Assembly: GCA_965153355.1 (NCBI GenBank)
Contig: OZ231126.1
Location: forward strand, 6,944,001-7,008,000
DNA: 64,000 nt
Reading direction: 5' to 3'
Source of the DNA: Flaccisagitta enflata
Taxonomy: Eukaryota
The position numbers and the translations under genes were made by a program. Below are positions 13,156 to 41,802 of the stretch, one piece after another (the first letter of the stretch is position 1; the number at the start of each line of letters is the position of its first letter). The notes under the pieces were generated by a model. It was not told the DNA's origin, did not search any database, and worked only from the letters and a program-made list of their open reading frames with translations.

Positions 13156-14429
13156 AGGTAATAGAATCGCATATGGGCTCTGTTGCCACAAAAGCAAAAG
13201 TTTTTGTTAATTATTTTCATTGACAAAAATTTATAGAAAATATTTTCTGCATCTTTTTTTATGCTGTACAAGTAATTGGGTTTTTATTTCAAGTGATGGT
13301 ATTAATTGCTATTAGTACTGGTATTGGTATTGGTATTGGTATTGGTATTCATTAGTATTTATCAAACTTCTTCAAATCTTATCAGTGAATGACCATGCCC
13401 AAATAAAAAACCGCACTACGTTATGACGTGCTGGGCTCATTAGTTGAAGGTAAAACTACAAAAAATCCATGACCATTTCAAAGAGCTTTAAAAAATCTAT
13501 CATTTGAGTGGTGTCAGAAAATTCTAGCTCAAAAACTTTAAAAGTTACAAAGGTTTAAAGTAAAATTGTCAATATCTCAATTGCAGGAAATTACATTTTT
13601 GTTCCTCTCAATAAACTGTACCTTTTATTTTCATTTAATTATAGTTTCTAAACGAATCAAGCTACTAATTTCTGCTTGGCGGTATTTTGAAGAAAATTTT
13701 CCAAATTTTTTTTCTGTCATGAATTTTTTTTTCATTCAGGTGAATATTAATAGAGGTACAAAGGAAACTATGAAAAAATTTGACCATCTATTTCCTGGCA
13801 ATTGGGATATTGACATCCTAACGTAAAATTGTTGTAAGTCTTAATGTTTTTGAGCTAAAACTTTCTGACACCACTCAAATGATAGATTTTTTGAAGCTCT
13901 TTAAAATGCTCATGGATTTTGTATAGATTTGTCCCCTAACAAAGAGCCAAGGGTCAATATATCGCAGTGCGGTTTTTAGTCGCGTGCTACGCGACTCTAT
14001 AAGCCACTTTTCGGTCCGTTGGTTGGTTGGTCGGTCCGTCGGTCCGTAACAAAGTTGTTTTAAAGGTCTTTTATCGCGTTTTTTATGTCTCTGAATAGTG
14101 AAGAAGATACTTAAAGTAGTAAACAGCCATTTCAAATGTCTTTTTGAAAAAAGAGTTTGTCTGTCTATCTGCCTAAATTTTTTTGAAAGTGCCGACGCAC
14201 GCGACTTAGGTCTAATGACCTTGTTTATTTTGGCATGGTTAAATAGGAAAAGAAGAAGTATTTCATTGCCATTTTTGCAGAAGTCTTAAAACGGCATTTT
14301 GGGGTTCATTCTCTGCCCTGTGGCTTATAAGTTGTCTTATACATGAGTTTCCAACTCTCTAACTATTTCAATGGTTGTAAAATGATTCAATTAAACAACA
14401 CTTTTAAGCCATAAACGATTCTATTACCT
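13156..14429. mobile_element. Nested non-autonomous DNA transposons upstream of the protease gene
   Basis: Outer TIR AGGTAATAGAATCG / CGATTCTATTACCT; an inner palindromic element (about 13392-14240) has its right TIR interrupted by a DINE-like element (13973-14226). Confidence 0.65.
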
Positions 14430-15190
14430 GAAATCATATGAATGTAAAGAGGGTGAAATAGAAACCAAGAGATGAAGCAAAGGTAAGTCACGTGTTCTCA
14501 TAGCCGAGAGTAAGTTTTGTTGAGGAAAAGGTTCTTTGAAAAGATGAAAAAAAGAACGTGAATGCAGGTTCTTAGATCAGAGAAATGACGAGAAAAAAAA
14601 AAGCAAATATTTAAGCACGGATTTTCGTAAAAGAGAAACATGCGAACTTTCTCGTGGTTTGGCTCTTAACAGGCCAGGCAGTCACTTGGAATTATTGACA
14701 ATTTGAAAAACAAGGCCGTATACGTGGCGAGTGGGCAGGGACACAGATGTTGGGGGCAGTTTTCCAAGAGCGGCGACACGAATAACGCGCAGAATTGACC
14801 AATGTGATGCATCGACCGACCGATCGACTACAGGTAAATGAGAGTGGATTTGGTTGTTTAGTGATAGGCTGGTGTACAATTGCAGGTTGGCCACATATTG
14901 ACTTGTGTGTACGTGATTTAAGGGAGATTTGGGTGTTTGGTGATAGGTTGATGTATCACACTTAATGGGGCCCCAAATTAGTCTCTGTGCGACAGACTGA
15001 CAGGCTGAAAAGTGGTTTAAATAGTCGCGTAGCATATGACTAAAAATCACATTTCGGAGTTTTTGACAATGATAAGTTTTATGATCCTAGCGGGATGTTG
15101 ATCAAGCTAATACATTAGTTAACTTACAAGTTGTGAGATCGAGGGGCATACATTACAGCACTAGTTACGTTCTGGTTTTTTTTTCTTCTG

Positions 15191-15331
<141 letters not shown>

Positions 15332-17106
15332 GCGTGTGCGTGTGTGCGTGTGTATGTCTGTGTAAATGTGTGAGTGTAAGTGTGTGTGTGTGATTGTGTC
15401 CTTGAAATTAAACTTCAACTGTCATTCATGAGAGGTTTCTCACTGTATTCGGGTTTTTTTTTTCTATTCAATACAATTTTTTTCACATACGCTTTTCGAA
15501 TGTTTTTAGTACGTGCCATCTTTTCCTTGTTTCTTCAGTCATTCTTTTAATAGATGGACCACCAGACTAGAGTTTAGTTAATTCCCGCTCAAACGGATTT
15601 CAAGGGACTAACAAATCAAAGTTGTTATAGGCGGAATTTTGTTAGAGTTAATACAGGAAAAAAACAAACAAACAAGTTGTAGGGGCTATGAGGCGGCATC
15701 CATTATCTATAGGTGGAATTCCGCTAATGGCGGATTCGTTAGAGAGGAGTTCTAATGTACAATCATTCCGGACTACACTACTTTATTTGTAGTCACGGAC
15801 ACTGCGTTGCTGTGTCAGTCCGTCAGACCTTTGGTCATTTGGGTCTTCCGAAACATTTTTTTTAGCGATGCAAATCCCCACATGTCATTTAACAATAAAA
15901 TCATTTTGAGTTGAGACCATTAAGAAAACTTTAGATCTCTTCGTCCATAAAAGAAAGCAGTCTACTGTTATATTTGCGCCTTCAATATAACTTGCCCCCG
16001 AAAAAAAAACAAGGACAAAAACGCGGCTATCTCAGTCGCGTTGGATAGGTAATGGCCATATTTTAGGTCAGCAGAACATTTGGGCAAGAGCAGTGCAGTG
16101 AGGCCAATGACCGTAAAAAAATAAAAAGAGTAAAGTGTGACGGACAGACCAACGGAACGACGGACATTTGTTCATTCACTTTGGCTGTGTCTTTATTCCT
16201 TTCATTTTAAGTTGCGGACACGCAACTCTTCATGTGGCTTTGACCGTCCGTCCGTTGGTCCGTTGGCGTTGGTCCGTCCGTGATGATCGAGTTGAAGAGT
16301 GTTTTTGAGTTTGTGTGGGACGGGGGGTGAATGGGGGTTATGCGCCCCTGTCCCCCTGTCCGCAGCGATATTGTTCAGTCAGTACAAAAAAAAATGGTTT
16401 TGCTTATTTTACTCTATATTCTACATTGGCCCATTGTTCAATTACAGTTTCATTTGATCATTGGCCCGTTCTCAGATGGCAAATTGTTGATTGACAAGTT
16501 TTAAAACAAATATTCGGTCGGAGTTTAATAAAAGTCTCCATTTGATATCAGAGGGTAACAGAACACACATTTACACACCAAAAGTGTGAATTCGATTACA
16601 GACTTCCGACTGCCACGCTTATGTCTGAATAAAAGCCTTACAAAAAATAAAACCTTAAAACAATAAAAAAAATAATGGTTGCAAATTCATCTTCAAAGTT
16701 CAAATATTAGTTTATGAACAAAAAAGCATCTTCAAACGACTGAATATTTGCGATGTAATTATGATTCAATTGCAAAAAAATACGATCTTTAGAAAATAAC
16801 ATGTTGTTACAAAATCAAACGAGTAAACATTAAGGTCACTACCACATTTGGAGACCGCCAACTTCTTCAGCTGGCCCAAGGGGAATATTTTGACCGGGAA
16901 CTAAAACTGAAATGGACCAAGTAGGCCAATCTTTGAAAGGGTAAATAATCAAATAGTTATTGAAAGTGAAAGTGAGAGGGAGCATGCGAGAGTGAAGCAA
17001 GGCCATGTGCGGGCCAACGTGAGCGACCAGTGCAGTGGTACAGGCAAAGGACATCTAGTCAGCTTTAGCAGGTGCCGATGTGACAGACGTTTTAACCGAC
17101 TGACAG

Positions 17107-17195
<89 letters not shown>

Positions 17196-17616
17196 CAGAG
17201 AGACAGAGAGACAGAGAGACAGAGACAGAGACAGAGAGACAGAGACAGAGACAGAGACAGAGACAGACAGACAGAGACAGACAGACAGAGAAACGCGAGG
17301 AAAACAGACATACCAGCGGACATTACTATTACAGACGTGTTTTAGAGCACCTAAAAAGAACGAGCTGCGCACTCAAACAATCTTTCTTGCGTAATGTCTA
17401 ATGATATGACTGCAAAAGTTCTTAACCAAAACTAGAAGATGATATCAATGTGACCTACACTAAAGCTCCTGACACAATTTGCAAGAATGCGTCAACTTCT
17501 GCATCAACTGATTACCTGCAGCATTATCAAGATTTGCTTTACAAATGAAAATAGACATAGACGCAGAAGGGAAACATTAGTAGATTATGTTATCAATCCC
17601 TTTTGAATTTCCACTA

Positions 17617-18235
17617 CATTCTTTTTATTGAGTAAGGACAAAGATTATAAGGACACGAGGCTGAAATTTGGCAAAATTTAAGGATATTTTAAGGATAAGC
17701 CCTTGCCTTAGAGTTAAATAAAATTTTATTTCATGATCTAGATTTTAATCATTTTCATAGACAAGGCTGGATACATGGCTACCCCAGTCGCGTGCGGTTG
17801 GGCAGGGGCCATATTTGAGGTCACCAGACCTTTTAGGCAGGAGTAGTAGGGTCAAAGAATAAAAGTTATAAAAAAATAAAATGTGACCAACTAACAGACA
17901 GACCGACCGACTGACAAAGCAGAGTGTAGAGTCGCGTAGCACGCAATTGAAAATTATCATAAAACTATCTTCACAATAGAAAATAATAATTATTCATTTT
18001 TTCATATATTGAAATTGTTTTGTTTTTTTTTGTAAATGAATACAAATCAATTAATGTGTTTTATCTTTGTAAATCATTTTTTATCTTAAATACAATTCTT
18101 ATTCATTTGAATTATCAAAGCTAGAAAAAAACATATAAAACATATTTAGAATATTTCAGTTTAAAAATCCGCAAAAATTTAAGGATGTCCCAGCCTCAGA
18201 AAAATATTACTGGTCCTTATAAACTAAAAAGAGTG
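17617..18235. mobile_element. MITE with nested DINE-like element (17761-17950)
   Basis: Imperfect TIRs CATTCTTTTTATTGAGTAAGGAC / GTCCTTATAAACTAAAAAGAGTG. Confidence 0.55.
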
Positions 18236-18937
18236 TGAGCAGACCGTTGAGCGTTGACCGGTCGGTTCGTTTTTTTTTTGTTCGTTCTGGAAGTAATCAT
18301 TAGCATGAATTCATCCGACTTACTTTGTTGCTCTTGTTTTTCTTGCGTTTGATCATCCATGTTTTTCTCTTGAACCTGTTGTTCCATTTTGTTTATCTTG
18401 ATGTTCTTTTGATTAATAAAATGATATGTGTAATGTTACTTTTTTACAGCTTCTTTTCATAGAATATGGTGATGAATTGGCCTAGCTTGACTTTTTTTGC
18501 AGACTGCGCGATTTATGCTTTTTTTTTCCTTTGTTTCAACCGATTTTGCTACCAGCGCTGACTAATGATAATGCTGGTGAATCGATGTTGATGATGATGT
18601 CATTTCACAGCGAAGAAATATTCATCAAGTTTTAATTTCGAGCTGACGAACACGAATAGAATGCATTTAGAAGCTGAGCTAAAGTAATTAGAGGTTCGTT
18701 ACAAGTTCAGAATCGGTTGTTCCTCTTTCTTTTTTTTATAATAAGAAAATGTTCGTTTTTATGTTCAATGTTTTTATGTTCAATTATGAAAATGATTATC
18801 ATTTGAGTTTGGAGGACGAGTTTCTGATCAAGATTTCATCAAGGATTGGAATGTTTCCGTAGTTGAAAGGAGATCATCATGAAAGTTGTATGCGTTTGGG
18901 CAAAACTGGTTTGAAAAAAAGAACGATTAAACATTAC

Positions 18938-19072
<135 letters not shown>

Positions 19073-19225
19073 TGTGTGTGTTGCAATTTTTTTTCTCCAT
19101 ACAATTTTAGTTCCATGTCACTTGCTAAAATCCTGATTTGAATACAGCTTAAGACGTGGTTAGAGATGTATTTCCGTTGAAATGAAATGTATTCTGCCTG
19201 AATCAAGTTTCTGGTCTTGAATGTT

Positions 19226-19493
19226 CAGTCAGTGGACAAAACGGTAATTGTAGATATGTCAGCAGTTTCGCATATTTCAACACGTTAAGATCTCTGATTA
19301 TGGCATATTTCAACACACTAAGATCTCTAATTGTGGCACATTTCAACTCATTATGCTCTCTCGTTCTAAAAGAATTTTCTCAATAGAATGAGAGATGTCA
19401 ACGTGTTTAAATGTGCTAGAATGAGAGATTTCAATGCGTTGAGATTTATCAAACTTCTGACCTATCTACAAATGCTGTAATGTCCATAGACTG
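19226..19493. mobile_element. Short MITE with internal ~31-bp subrepeats
   Basis: CAGTCAGTGGACA...TTGTAGATATGTCAGCAGTTT versus AAACTTCTGACCTATCTACAAA...TGTCCATAGACTG. Confidence 0.6.
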
Positions 19494-21129
19494 TGTAAAG
19501 AAAGGTTATTCAATTCAACATCGTGAAGTCTACAATTACAACCCCAATTGCGCTAATTTCGGAAATCCCAGGATGATGCATGCATCGAAAGCATGACAAA
19601 GTCAAAGACAAAGAGATAAAATCGAGTCGCGTCGAAATCACTCTTCCAAAGTGGTTTGGTTCGATAGTTAAGAGTTTGGTTGAATTGAGTAATCATCCAG
19701 TAAGAGTAGACTTAAACCGTTTTTTGGAGCTCTGCCATGCCATTCTTCTCAGGTTAAAGATAATGATGATGTCAGAAAGTAAATCTAGGCAAAAGACCTG
19801 TACGGAATGGCATGAGAGAGAGAGAGAGAGAGAGAGACTGACGGATGGACGGACGGACAGACCGACACAAACTCATAAATAGAAAAACAGAATGACATTT
19901 AAGAATAAATGGAGAAATTGGTAATGAACAAAATAGTGGGTATAACCAGCATTGGTCTTCAACTCAAAGAATTACCCTCAAGCTGAGACTTGGCTCTTCC
20001 AACTTTTGTTGAAAGAACCAGTTCGAAAATTGCTTAAGATGTCACCTCAGGTTGGACAGAGGTTGAGGCCGGAAAAAAGGAATAAGGGAACTTTGAACTA
20101 ATGTTGGATTTTAATAAGTTTTTAAGTGCGTCCTCGCACTTCTATAAGAGGTCATGTCCGTTGGTCGGTTGGTTGGTCGGTCGGTCGGTCGGTCGGTCAC
20201 GCTAACATTTGAAATGCGCAAAACGGCTGATTCTGACATATTTCTTCATTCCTATCACCTTTCATGCCTTACCACATTCATTTTCATTCATTCATTCATT
20301 CATTCATCAAAAACGTTCATTCACAAATTCTTAATCAAGCGAGGCGCACTTATTGGCCTTCACTTGGCCTTGTTTATTTGTTGTTTTCCTTCCTATCTCT
20401 CGCAAAACAAAATGTTGAGGCCCATTCAGATCACTGATTCAGTCATTCTTTTCTATTTTCATGTCATTCTTTTACTAAAACCTTTAAAGGAAATAAAGAG
20501 ATTCTTTTATGATATAAGAATCTTGTTTATTTCCATATAAATCTATTTATGATATTCATATAAGAACATCAACGCTTCAAATCACTCAATAACAGAGAAA
20601 GTTGTAGGTTTAAGTCACAGATACAGGACTGTTTACCTTGCTATGTTGGTTGGTTGGTCCGATGGTTAGTCTGTCAGTCCGTTCGTTCGACCAGAATATT
20701 GTTGAATTGCTGGCGGTTTATGCATTACTGCCTCTGCCCAACAGTTCGCGACTGGGATGTTGTAAATTGTGCCTTGTTCTATTTCTAGCTAAGTATCTGA
20801 TATCAAGGTTTAAGAAAAGAAAATGAAATTCTTATAAATAAAAAGAAAACCTAAAGTAGAGATGACTGTTAGTGATTTAACAATAACATTTTTAATTTCA
20901 GAGCCAGGTCAAGCCTTGATGTTCTTTTTTTTAAACAAGTTCTTGTTAGAAAAAAAACTGAAGTGGTAAAAAAAATAGCTTGACAATTGAATGGACCGTC
21001 TTCAAGATCGTGTGCATGCTGTCAGTTCATTTGAGGGGAAAAGAGAGACATTGGCGAAGTTTCTTTGGTACACTTGAACAACCATCTGTCGATCTTTTGT
21101 TTTTAAGACTTTTTAAGCGGTTTTTTTAA

Positions 21130-21195
21130 TTAGGGTTAGGGGTGGGTTTAGGGTTAGGGTTAGGGTTGGGGATAGTTTTAGGGTTAGGGTTAGGG
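21130..21195 (+). repeat. Short degenerate interstitial (TTAGGG)n
   Basis: About seven perfect TTAGGG units plus degenerate ones. Confidence 0.7.
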
Positions 21196-21989
21196 ACAAG
21201 ATTAGCTTTAGGGCTAAGGGTTGGCTGGGTTTTATGTGTTACGACCCGAAGCTATTCGAATTAAATTCGCTCTGGCGGAGGATTCTGAAAGAAAAACAAA
21301 ATCGTGCAGAGACTCATTCAAAATGTCCGTTTCTTTAACAAAGCCGCTATCCCGGATCAACAAATAGGCTTAAAAAGCTTAAGTAAAAGGGCCCCGCGCC
21401 ACGGGGGGGGGGGGCGGCACCTGCTGCACCCTCCTCTGAAAACATATAAAAAAAAAAGAAGAAGAAAGAAAGAAAGAAACAAACAAACAATAAAAAAAGG
21501 AAAAGAAAGAATCAAAAAAAGAGTAAAAAAAAAGAAAGATATCAAAATTATGTATATTTATTTAATATTAAGTTTTAGATACATCTGGACCAAGGATATT
21601 TTTCAAGCAGACAGAAAATTGCAAACAAGCAAATCAGAACAAGTCAAATAAAGAGGGGGGAGGAGCTGAAAGGGGAAAGGTAAGGGGGCCCCGCCCTCAG
21701 TCAAGCTTAGGGCCCCGCGCCTTGTTGTTCCGGCTCAAACTGTATGCCAAGTAGGTGCGGCGTGTGGATTGTTACACTATCCGACCAACCGACCGGCTGA
21801 CGGACACGGCCAGTAATATGGGTGCTTTGGCGCACCTAAATGGTTACTTTTTGCGTGGAGAGTTGGTTTCGGTGTGCGAAATAGCGGGAGGTATGAGAAA
21901 TCTCGAGTCAAGTAAACCTGTGGCGTCAGAAAGGACCTGGTAAATGTTGAGACTTGATATTCTTTCTCTTTCTCTTTCTCTTTCTCTCT

Positions 21990-22115
<126 letters not shown>

Positions 22116-22856
22116 CTCTCTCTTTCTCTGTTTCTCCAAATCAATTTTCAACCGATTCAGAATGACTCAGCATTTGTCATCTACAAAAAAAAAAACACTT
22201 TTTGGGCAGCAGCCCCGAAGGAGCCGATGACCTATGCTTTCACATGTGGGGAAATTTCTCCTTCATCAGTGATCCATCAGTTACCCCCCCCCCCCCACCG
22301 CAAGACCTAAATTCCGTCCAATTCTGCCAAATTTTGCCCAACTTTACTAAATTCTGCAAAATTCTACCATATTCTGCCAAATTTTAGGAGATTTTGCAAA
22401 ATTTTACTAGATTTGCCAATTTTTGCCAATTTTTGCCAAATTCTGCAAAATCTTGCCAAATTTTGTTAATAGACGGACCAAAAAGAAGTTTTCTCATGTG
22501 CGAAAGCATAGGTCATCGGCCCTTTCTGGGCCACAACTTACTTAGGCAGGGCATGGGTACCGCCGACCATCTAAGGCTTTTGCGACTATTTCTGGTGAAA
22601 ACCGGCATTACTTCTATTTTTACTTTAAACGTATAGGGGTAAAGAGCAACTCCATGACAAGCGGCATGAAGGATTGATTAATTAGTAATTTCAAAGTGAT
22701 ATTGATCCAATGACCTGACTAGTGTCAACCTGTCAACCCTTCCTTGATAAAAGCATTGCAAAATGAGATTATCCGGTTAAAACCGACGGCACGCAACCCA
22801 AGATTCCCCTAAATGTTGTCACAAGTTCCAATCTGACTATGAAGGCATAATATTTC

Positions 22857-22914
<58 letters not shown>

Positions 22915-23230
22915 CGCCGAATCGGGCAGACAATCAGATAGACAAAACTGTCGATTTTGTTTAATGTCATCTCGGCATATAATCATTTTATCGGTACTGA
23001 ACTCACTCAACAGCAACTGTGACAGTATTCGTGTGTCATAACAGTCATGTTATTCATGTACAGTTGAGCTTCACTAGAACGCACGTCAAGGTTGTGAATA
23101 AATTTCTGCCCTAACGTTAAGATGCCTTTGTGTCAATACAGAAATGACCCATGAATCTCTTTTAGGACAGGAAGTTGTATGTTTTAATAGCAGGTGTGCG
23201 ATAGCAGTGCTCCACTTTATTTACGATGTA

Positions 23231-23406
23231 CAGTAGGACCCCGCTTCATCGGTCCTATTGGGACTTGAGATTTTTCACCTTTATCTCAGGTTCACTTTTA
23301 AAGAGAAGTGAAATCACATTAGAAACTGTCATTTGGGACTTTAAAATGTTGACCTTTATTGATGGGGAACCTTCAAAAGTGGGGCTGTTATTGCGGGGTC
23401 CCACTG
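23231..23406. mobile_element. pogo/Tigger-like MITE
   Basis: TA|CAGTAGGACCCCGC ... GCGGGGTCCCACTG|TA. Confidence 0.75.
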
Positions 23407-23626
23407 TACTTGTAAAGCACAGTTACACCTCGCTCTAAACTGGATCAACGCGCGACAGAAATATATCTAAAGATAGCAAATATGAAATTTCAGTCCCTTT
23501 GTACTGATTTTTGTATTTCTTTTGTTCAACTGAACAAGCAAATCATGAGTCCGTTGTTGGCCACCATTAGCCGGGATGGATATATTTACAATTATACAAT
23601 AGCTACATAAGCGATTAGCCACATGT

Positions 23627-23716
<90 letters not shown>

Positions 23717-24497
23717 TCATTTATGGCCACAAATTTGTGTCATAACAAAAAACAGATACGACATCGTACCCGCGTAGACGCCCCTAGACTCTCCCCGATT
23801 TGTTAACGCCCTTTTTTCTCGAAAGAATTGTCTCCTCTCTTCTGTGTATTATGCCCACAGAATTGCGTTACAACAAAAAAACAGATATCACTCCTTGCCC
23901 GCATAAAGCGCACAAAGCGGCATTCGAAAGAGAGTTGAACGGCCTCCGCTGCCTTAAATCGAAACAGTGATCTTATCGACCCCCACCCGGAATATCTGGA
24001 TTCTAGAAATTCCTTCTTTCATTTCCTCGAATATGCGAATGAGAAGTGGAAAGCTGGCGTCCTCCTGAAGCTATATTAGCAAATCTATTTTACTTGAATA
24101 TTTCTCTGCTTCTTTTATATAAAATGACTCAATCTGTTAAATGTTGAAATCAACAACGTCGCCGATCTTCTTACGGTAGTCAAGATGTGATCACAGCAAT
24201 AACAACACAAATGGATTCTATGGACGTTTGGCGGGGAATTAGCTAAACCCGTAATCCTCAGAACTTCGAATCGGGCGAGGATGAAAACTTTCATTAAAAT
24301 TAATGCCGAAAAGTATTTGGAAACGTTTATCTTACGACATAAATCGAAAGAACTGAATCATTTACGGCAGAGGCAACAGCGCTATAAATAACGTTAACGA
24401 CAAAGGCAATCAAAAAACAAAAACAAAACAAAAACGAAAACAAAAACAAAAACATAAACATAAACATAAACATAAACATAAACATAAACATAAACAT

Positions 24498-24529
<32 letters not shown>

Positions 24530-25226
24530 ACAAAAACAAAAACCCACCCTCGCCTCGAATAGTCAGTGCGGTCATTGTGTCGTTCAATCGACGTCACAAC
24601 TTTGCCTTGACTGCAATGCTATCTCCCAAACTACCGAGCGTCTGTTTAGCTATACTCCATTACCATCGACGTCCACGCCATAGGATTTGTGGCGTAGCCC
24701 GATCTCTGCCGTGAGATTTGTGGCGTAACCCAATTTCTGCCATGGGATTGGTGGCGTTACCCGATCTCTGCAGCGAACTTTCTCAAGACAACGCCATCGT
24801 TCACTGACCTCGAAATCGAACGCTCGACCTCTCTTCCTCCTCCGCCTCCTCTTACTCCTCGTCCTACACCATTTCCTCCCCTTGCTCCGCCGTTCCTCTC
24901 CTCTCTCCTCCCCCGCCTGAACCTGGCCGACCCTCTCCCCCATCTCCTCCTGCTAGCCTCTACACGAGTTTCTCACTCCCTCCGACGTCTCCACCTCCCA
25001 TTTCTCTAATTGTCCTGTCTACTCCTCTTCTACGGACAAATCCCCATTCTCATCCTCATTTTAACTCTTGTGAAGAACAGTTTGTTGGCTTGCCGATGTC
25101 CGGAGTATTTTTCACTGACGGTTTAATTCTGTCTTCGCCCTCCTCTGCCCTTTGCTTGGACAAATAACCGAGATTGGTAGCAACAGTAGTAACAGCAGCA
25201 TCAACAACAACAACAACAACAACAGC

Positions 25227-25269
<43 letters not shown>

Positions 25270-25294
25270 TCAAAAACAACAACAACAACAACAA

Positions 25295-25406
<112 letters not shown>

Positions 25407-25414
25407 AGACAGCC

Positions 25415-39101
<13,687 letters not shown>

Positions 39102-39402
39102 GGTCATTGCTAATGATGGAGTTGTACCGTTAGGAAGGGAAACTTTTTTTTTTTTTTTTTTTTAATATGATGTGTGTCCTTATTTGTATGTGGTTGTTTT
39201 GTCATCTCGATTACGATCATTCATTGTAAAAATTCCTCTTTTGAAACAGCAGGCAGACAATAAGAATTATGGCAAAAACCTTTTGTAAACGTACTAAATC
39301 ATTTTGTAAATTTGAAATTTTACATCTTTGAGATATACAGGGTCTTCAATTACGGTTGATTTATTCTTAATAGATGCTGTATCTCTCATGCTCATCCCTC
39401 AG

Positions 39403-39591
39403 TTTTTTTAGTTGCGGACACGCAACTCTATAAGAGGCTTTGTCCGTCCGTCCATCAGTCTGTCCATCCGTTGGTCTGTCCGTCCGTCCGTCCGTCCGTC
39501 TGTCCGTCAGCATGAGTTGAAAAGTGGGAAAACGCGCATATCCTCCCGTGCCCACCCGTCCGTTACTGGTGGCCGTGTATCCGGCCTTGTT
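39403..39591 (+). mobile_element. DINE-like element, AGTTGCGGACACGCAACT subfamily
   Basis: Same architecture with a different hairpin sequence; relatives near 8188, 16206, 31639, 47070, 54115(-) and 58006. Confidence 0.75.
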
Positions 39592-41802
39592 TTTTTTCCT
39601 CCATTAGCATATTGTTTGACGTTTTTTGTATCAAAATTTCAAGGGTCCAGGTCAAATAGTTTGTCCTTAGCATTAATTTGAAGTACCTCATGTATAAACG
39701 GCTAAGACTGAAAAACTTGATTATTCAATGAGACTTCCATCCCCTTGCAATTTATTTTGTAACAATTTCAGCTTCAGATACAAGATTAGTGCAAGATGAT
39801 TTTATGCAGTTTCAGGGAAGAAAATGGAAAACAGTTTTAGCGATCATCATTTAGTAACTATGGCAAAATAAAAAAGCAAACGAATTTTGAGAGAGCAAAA
39901 ACATAAGAAGACGTTGATCAATTTGCATAAAATTTACAGGGAATGATAACCATGATTTGGACTATGTCTGGTTAGAATTTCATCAAAATCCGTTGAATAC
40001 TTTAGCCGTTATCATGCTTTTACTGAAGTCACCTCTTTTTTGACTGCCAGAGATGACATTTGTCCTAAAGCAAAATAATTCTATTTTTAGTAAATCTGGC
40101 ATTGTGTGAAAAGTTTTGGGAGTTTTATAATGATTTTTGAACTGTAGTCTGATGGTGCTATTTACTAATACTAGGCAAAATTCGCTTGTACTCAGATAAA
40201 GTCTAGTGGGGTAGATATTGGTTGATTGTAAGCTTGCTCATGATATCGAATATTCAGCTACCTGTAAAAATATTTTTGGAATTTGGGCTTCCATCTTCAC
40301 AAAAATTTTACTGGAGATTACTTATATGTACAAAAGTTACCAGTTAAAAAATTATGATAATTGGTAAAAAACTATGGCCAAAGCATTACTTTATATTTCA
40401 GATTTCATCTTCAACAACATCATTCTTAAACCCATAAAAAAAGTTTTGGAAAATTTGCTGTTTCTGCTAAAACAAGCCCAAGAGGGCAACAGTCGCGTGC
40501 GTCTGGAAATGACAGACAAAATGTTAAAAATGTCAGGAAATGTTAAGAAATGTTAAAAAATGTTAGAAAATGTTAAATGATGTTAAAAAATGTTAAAAAA
40601 TGTTAAAAAATGTTAAAAAATGTCAAAATGCCAAAAAAGTCAGAAAATGTTGAAAAAAGTTAAAGATTGTTAAAAAATGCTAAAAAATATTAAAAAATGT
40701 TAAAAAACGTTGAAAAACGTTGAGAATTTAAAAAGGTTACGGGACCAACCAACAGACCGACCGACCAACCAACCTACCGACTGACAGACCAAGGTGTAGA
40801 GTCGCATGCACGAGACTAAAAATCGGAGTTTCGTTATAAAATTTTTACCACAGCCTGCTAACAATATGGTCTACTTTCACTTCAAATTTCATCAAAATCG
40901 GACTAGATTTAGTGCGGTTTTTTTAAATTTGTTTATTCATTCTTTGAAAATTCTTATGTGTGTATGTTAAATTTCTGATCATTAGACAAACACTTTAAAA
41001 AAATCTATAATTCCTAAACTATTTAGAGCAGGAAATCGATTTTTTCAGTGATACTTTATGATACCAAAAAGTAACTCCAGTAAAAATTTCAGCACACTGG
41101 GTGAATTTTCAAAGGATTTATAAGAAAAAAAGGTAACTGTTCGCTTTTTTTTTTTTTTGCCGTAGTTAATCATGTGAGAGATTGTTTGTTTGCAAGGGTT
41201 TTTGTCAAAGGTGATTGCCAGGTCACAAAATGGAATCATCACACCAAAACCTTGTTTACGCATGACAATCAGAATTGCAGAACAAGGCATAACAATGTAA
41301 CCCCCAGTCGTAAGTAGGTAATCAGAAGCAGTGATGCAAAGGCTTTTTTAGGAATTAGGTGAGGATGGTGATTCAAAATCCTCTCAGCGGTGGCAAGTCA
41401 AAATTGGGGAATTTTGAACCAATTGACAGATGGATGGGAAGAAACATATGGATGGAAAGACCGACAGCAAATGGACAGACGGACTGACAGACTGATCAAG
41501 GTAATTGCAAAAAACTACATTGAATTATCTTTAACTTGAGACTTATCTGGCATCTGAAGCTCATACCATTTTGAAAGGAGAGAAATTTGGAAAAAAAAAT
41601 AATGACAAACAATCAACTTTTTCAGTCAAAACCATGAATACATTAAATACTTCAAAATGGTGCTACAGACAAACTAGTTGACATAGATACTTGAAATTTT
41701 GATACAAAAAACGTCAAACAATATACTAAAGGAGGAAAAAAAGAAAACTACAGAATGATGAACATGAGAGGCACACCATCTATTTATAGTAAGTCAACCG
41801 TA

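Noticed and set aside
16790-16945. Possible isolated exon on the minus strand
   Set aside because: An acceptor-like sequence is present, but no recognisable protein motif or partner exon was found.
21130-21195. True telomere or chromosome fusion site
   Set aside because: Short, degenerate, in one orientation and internal.
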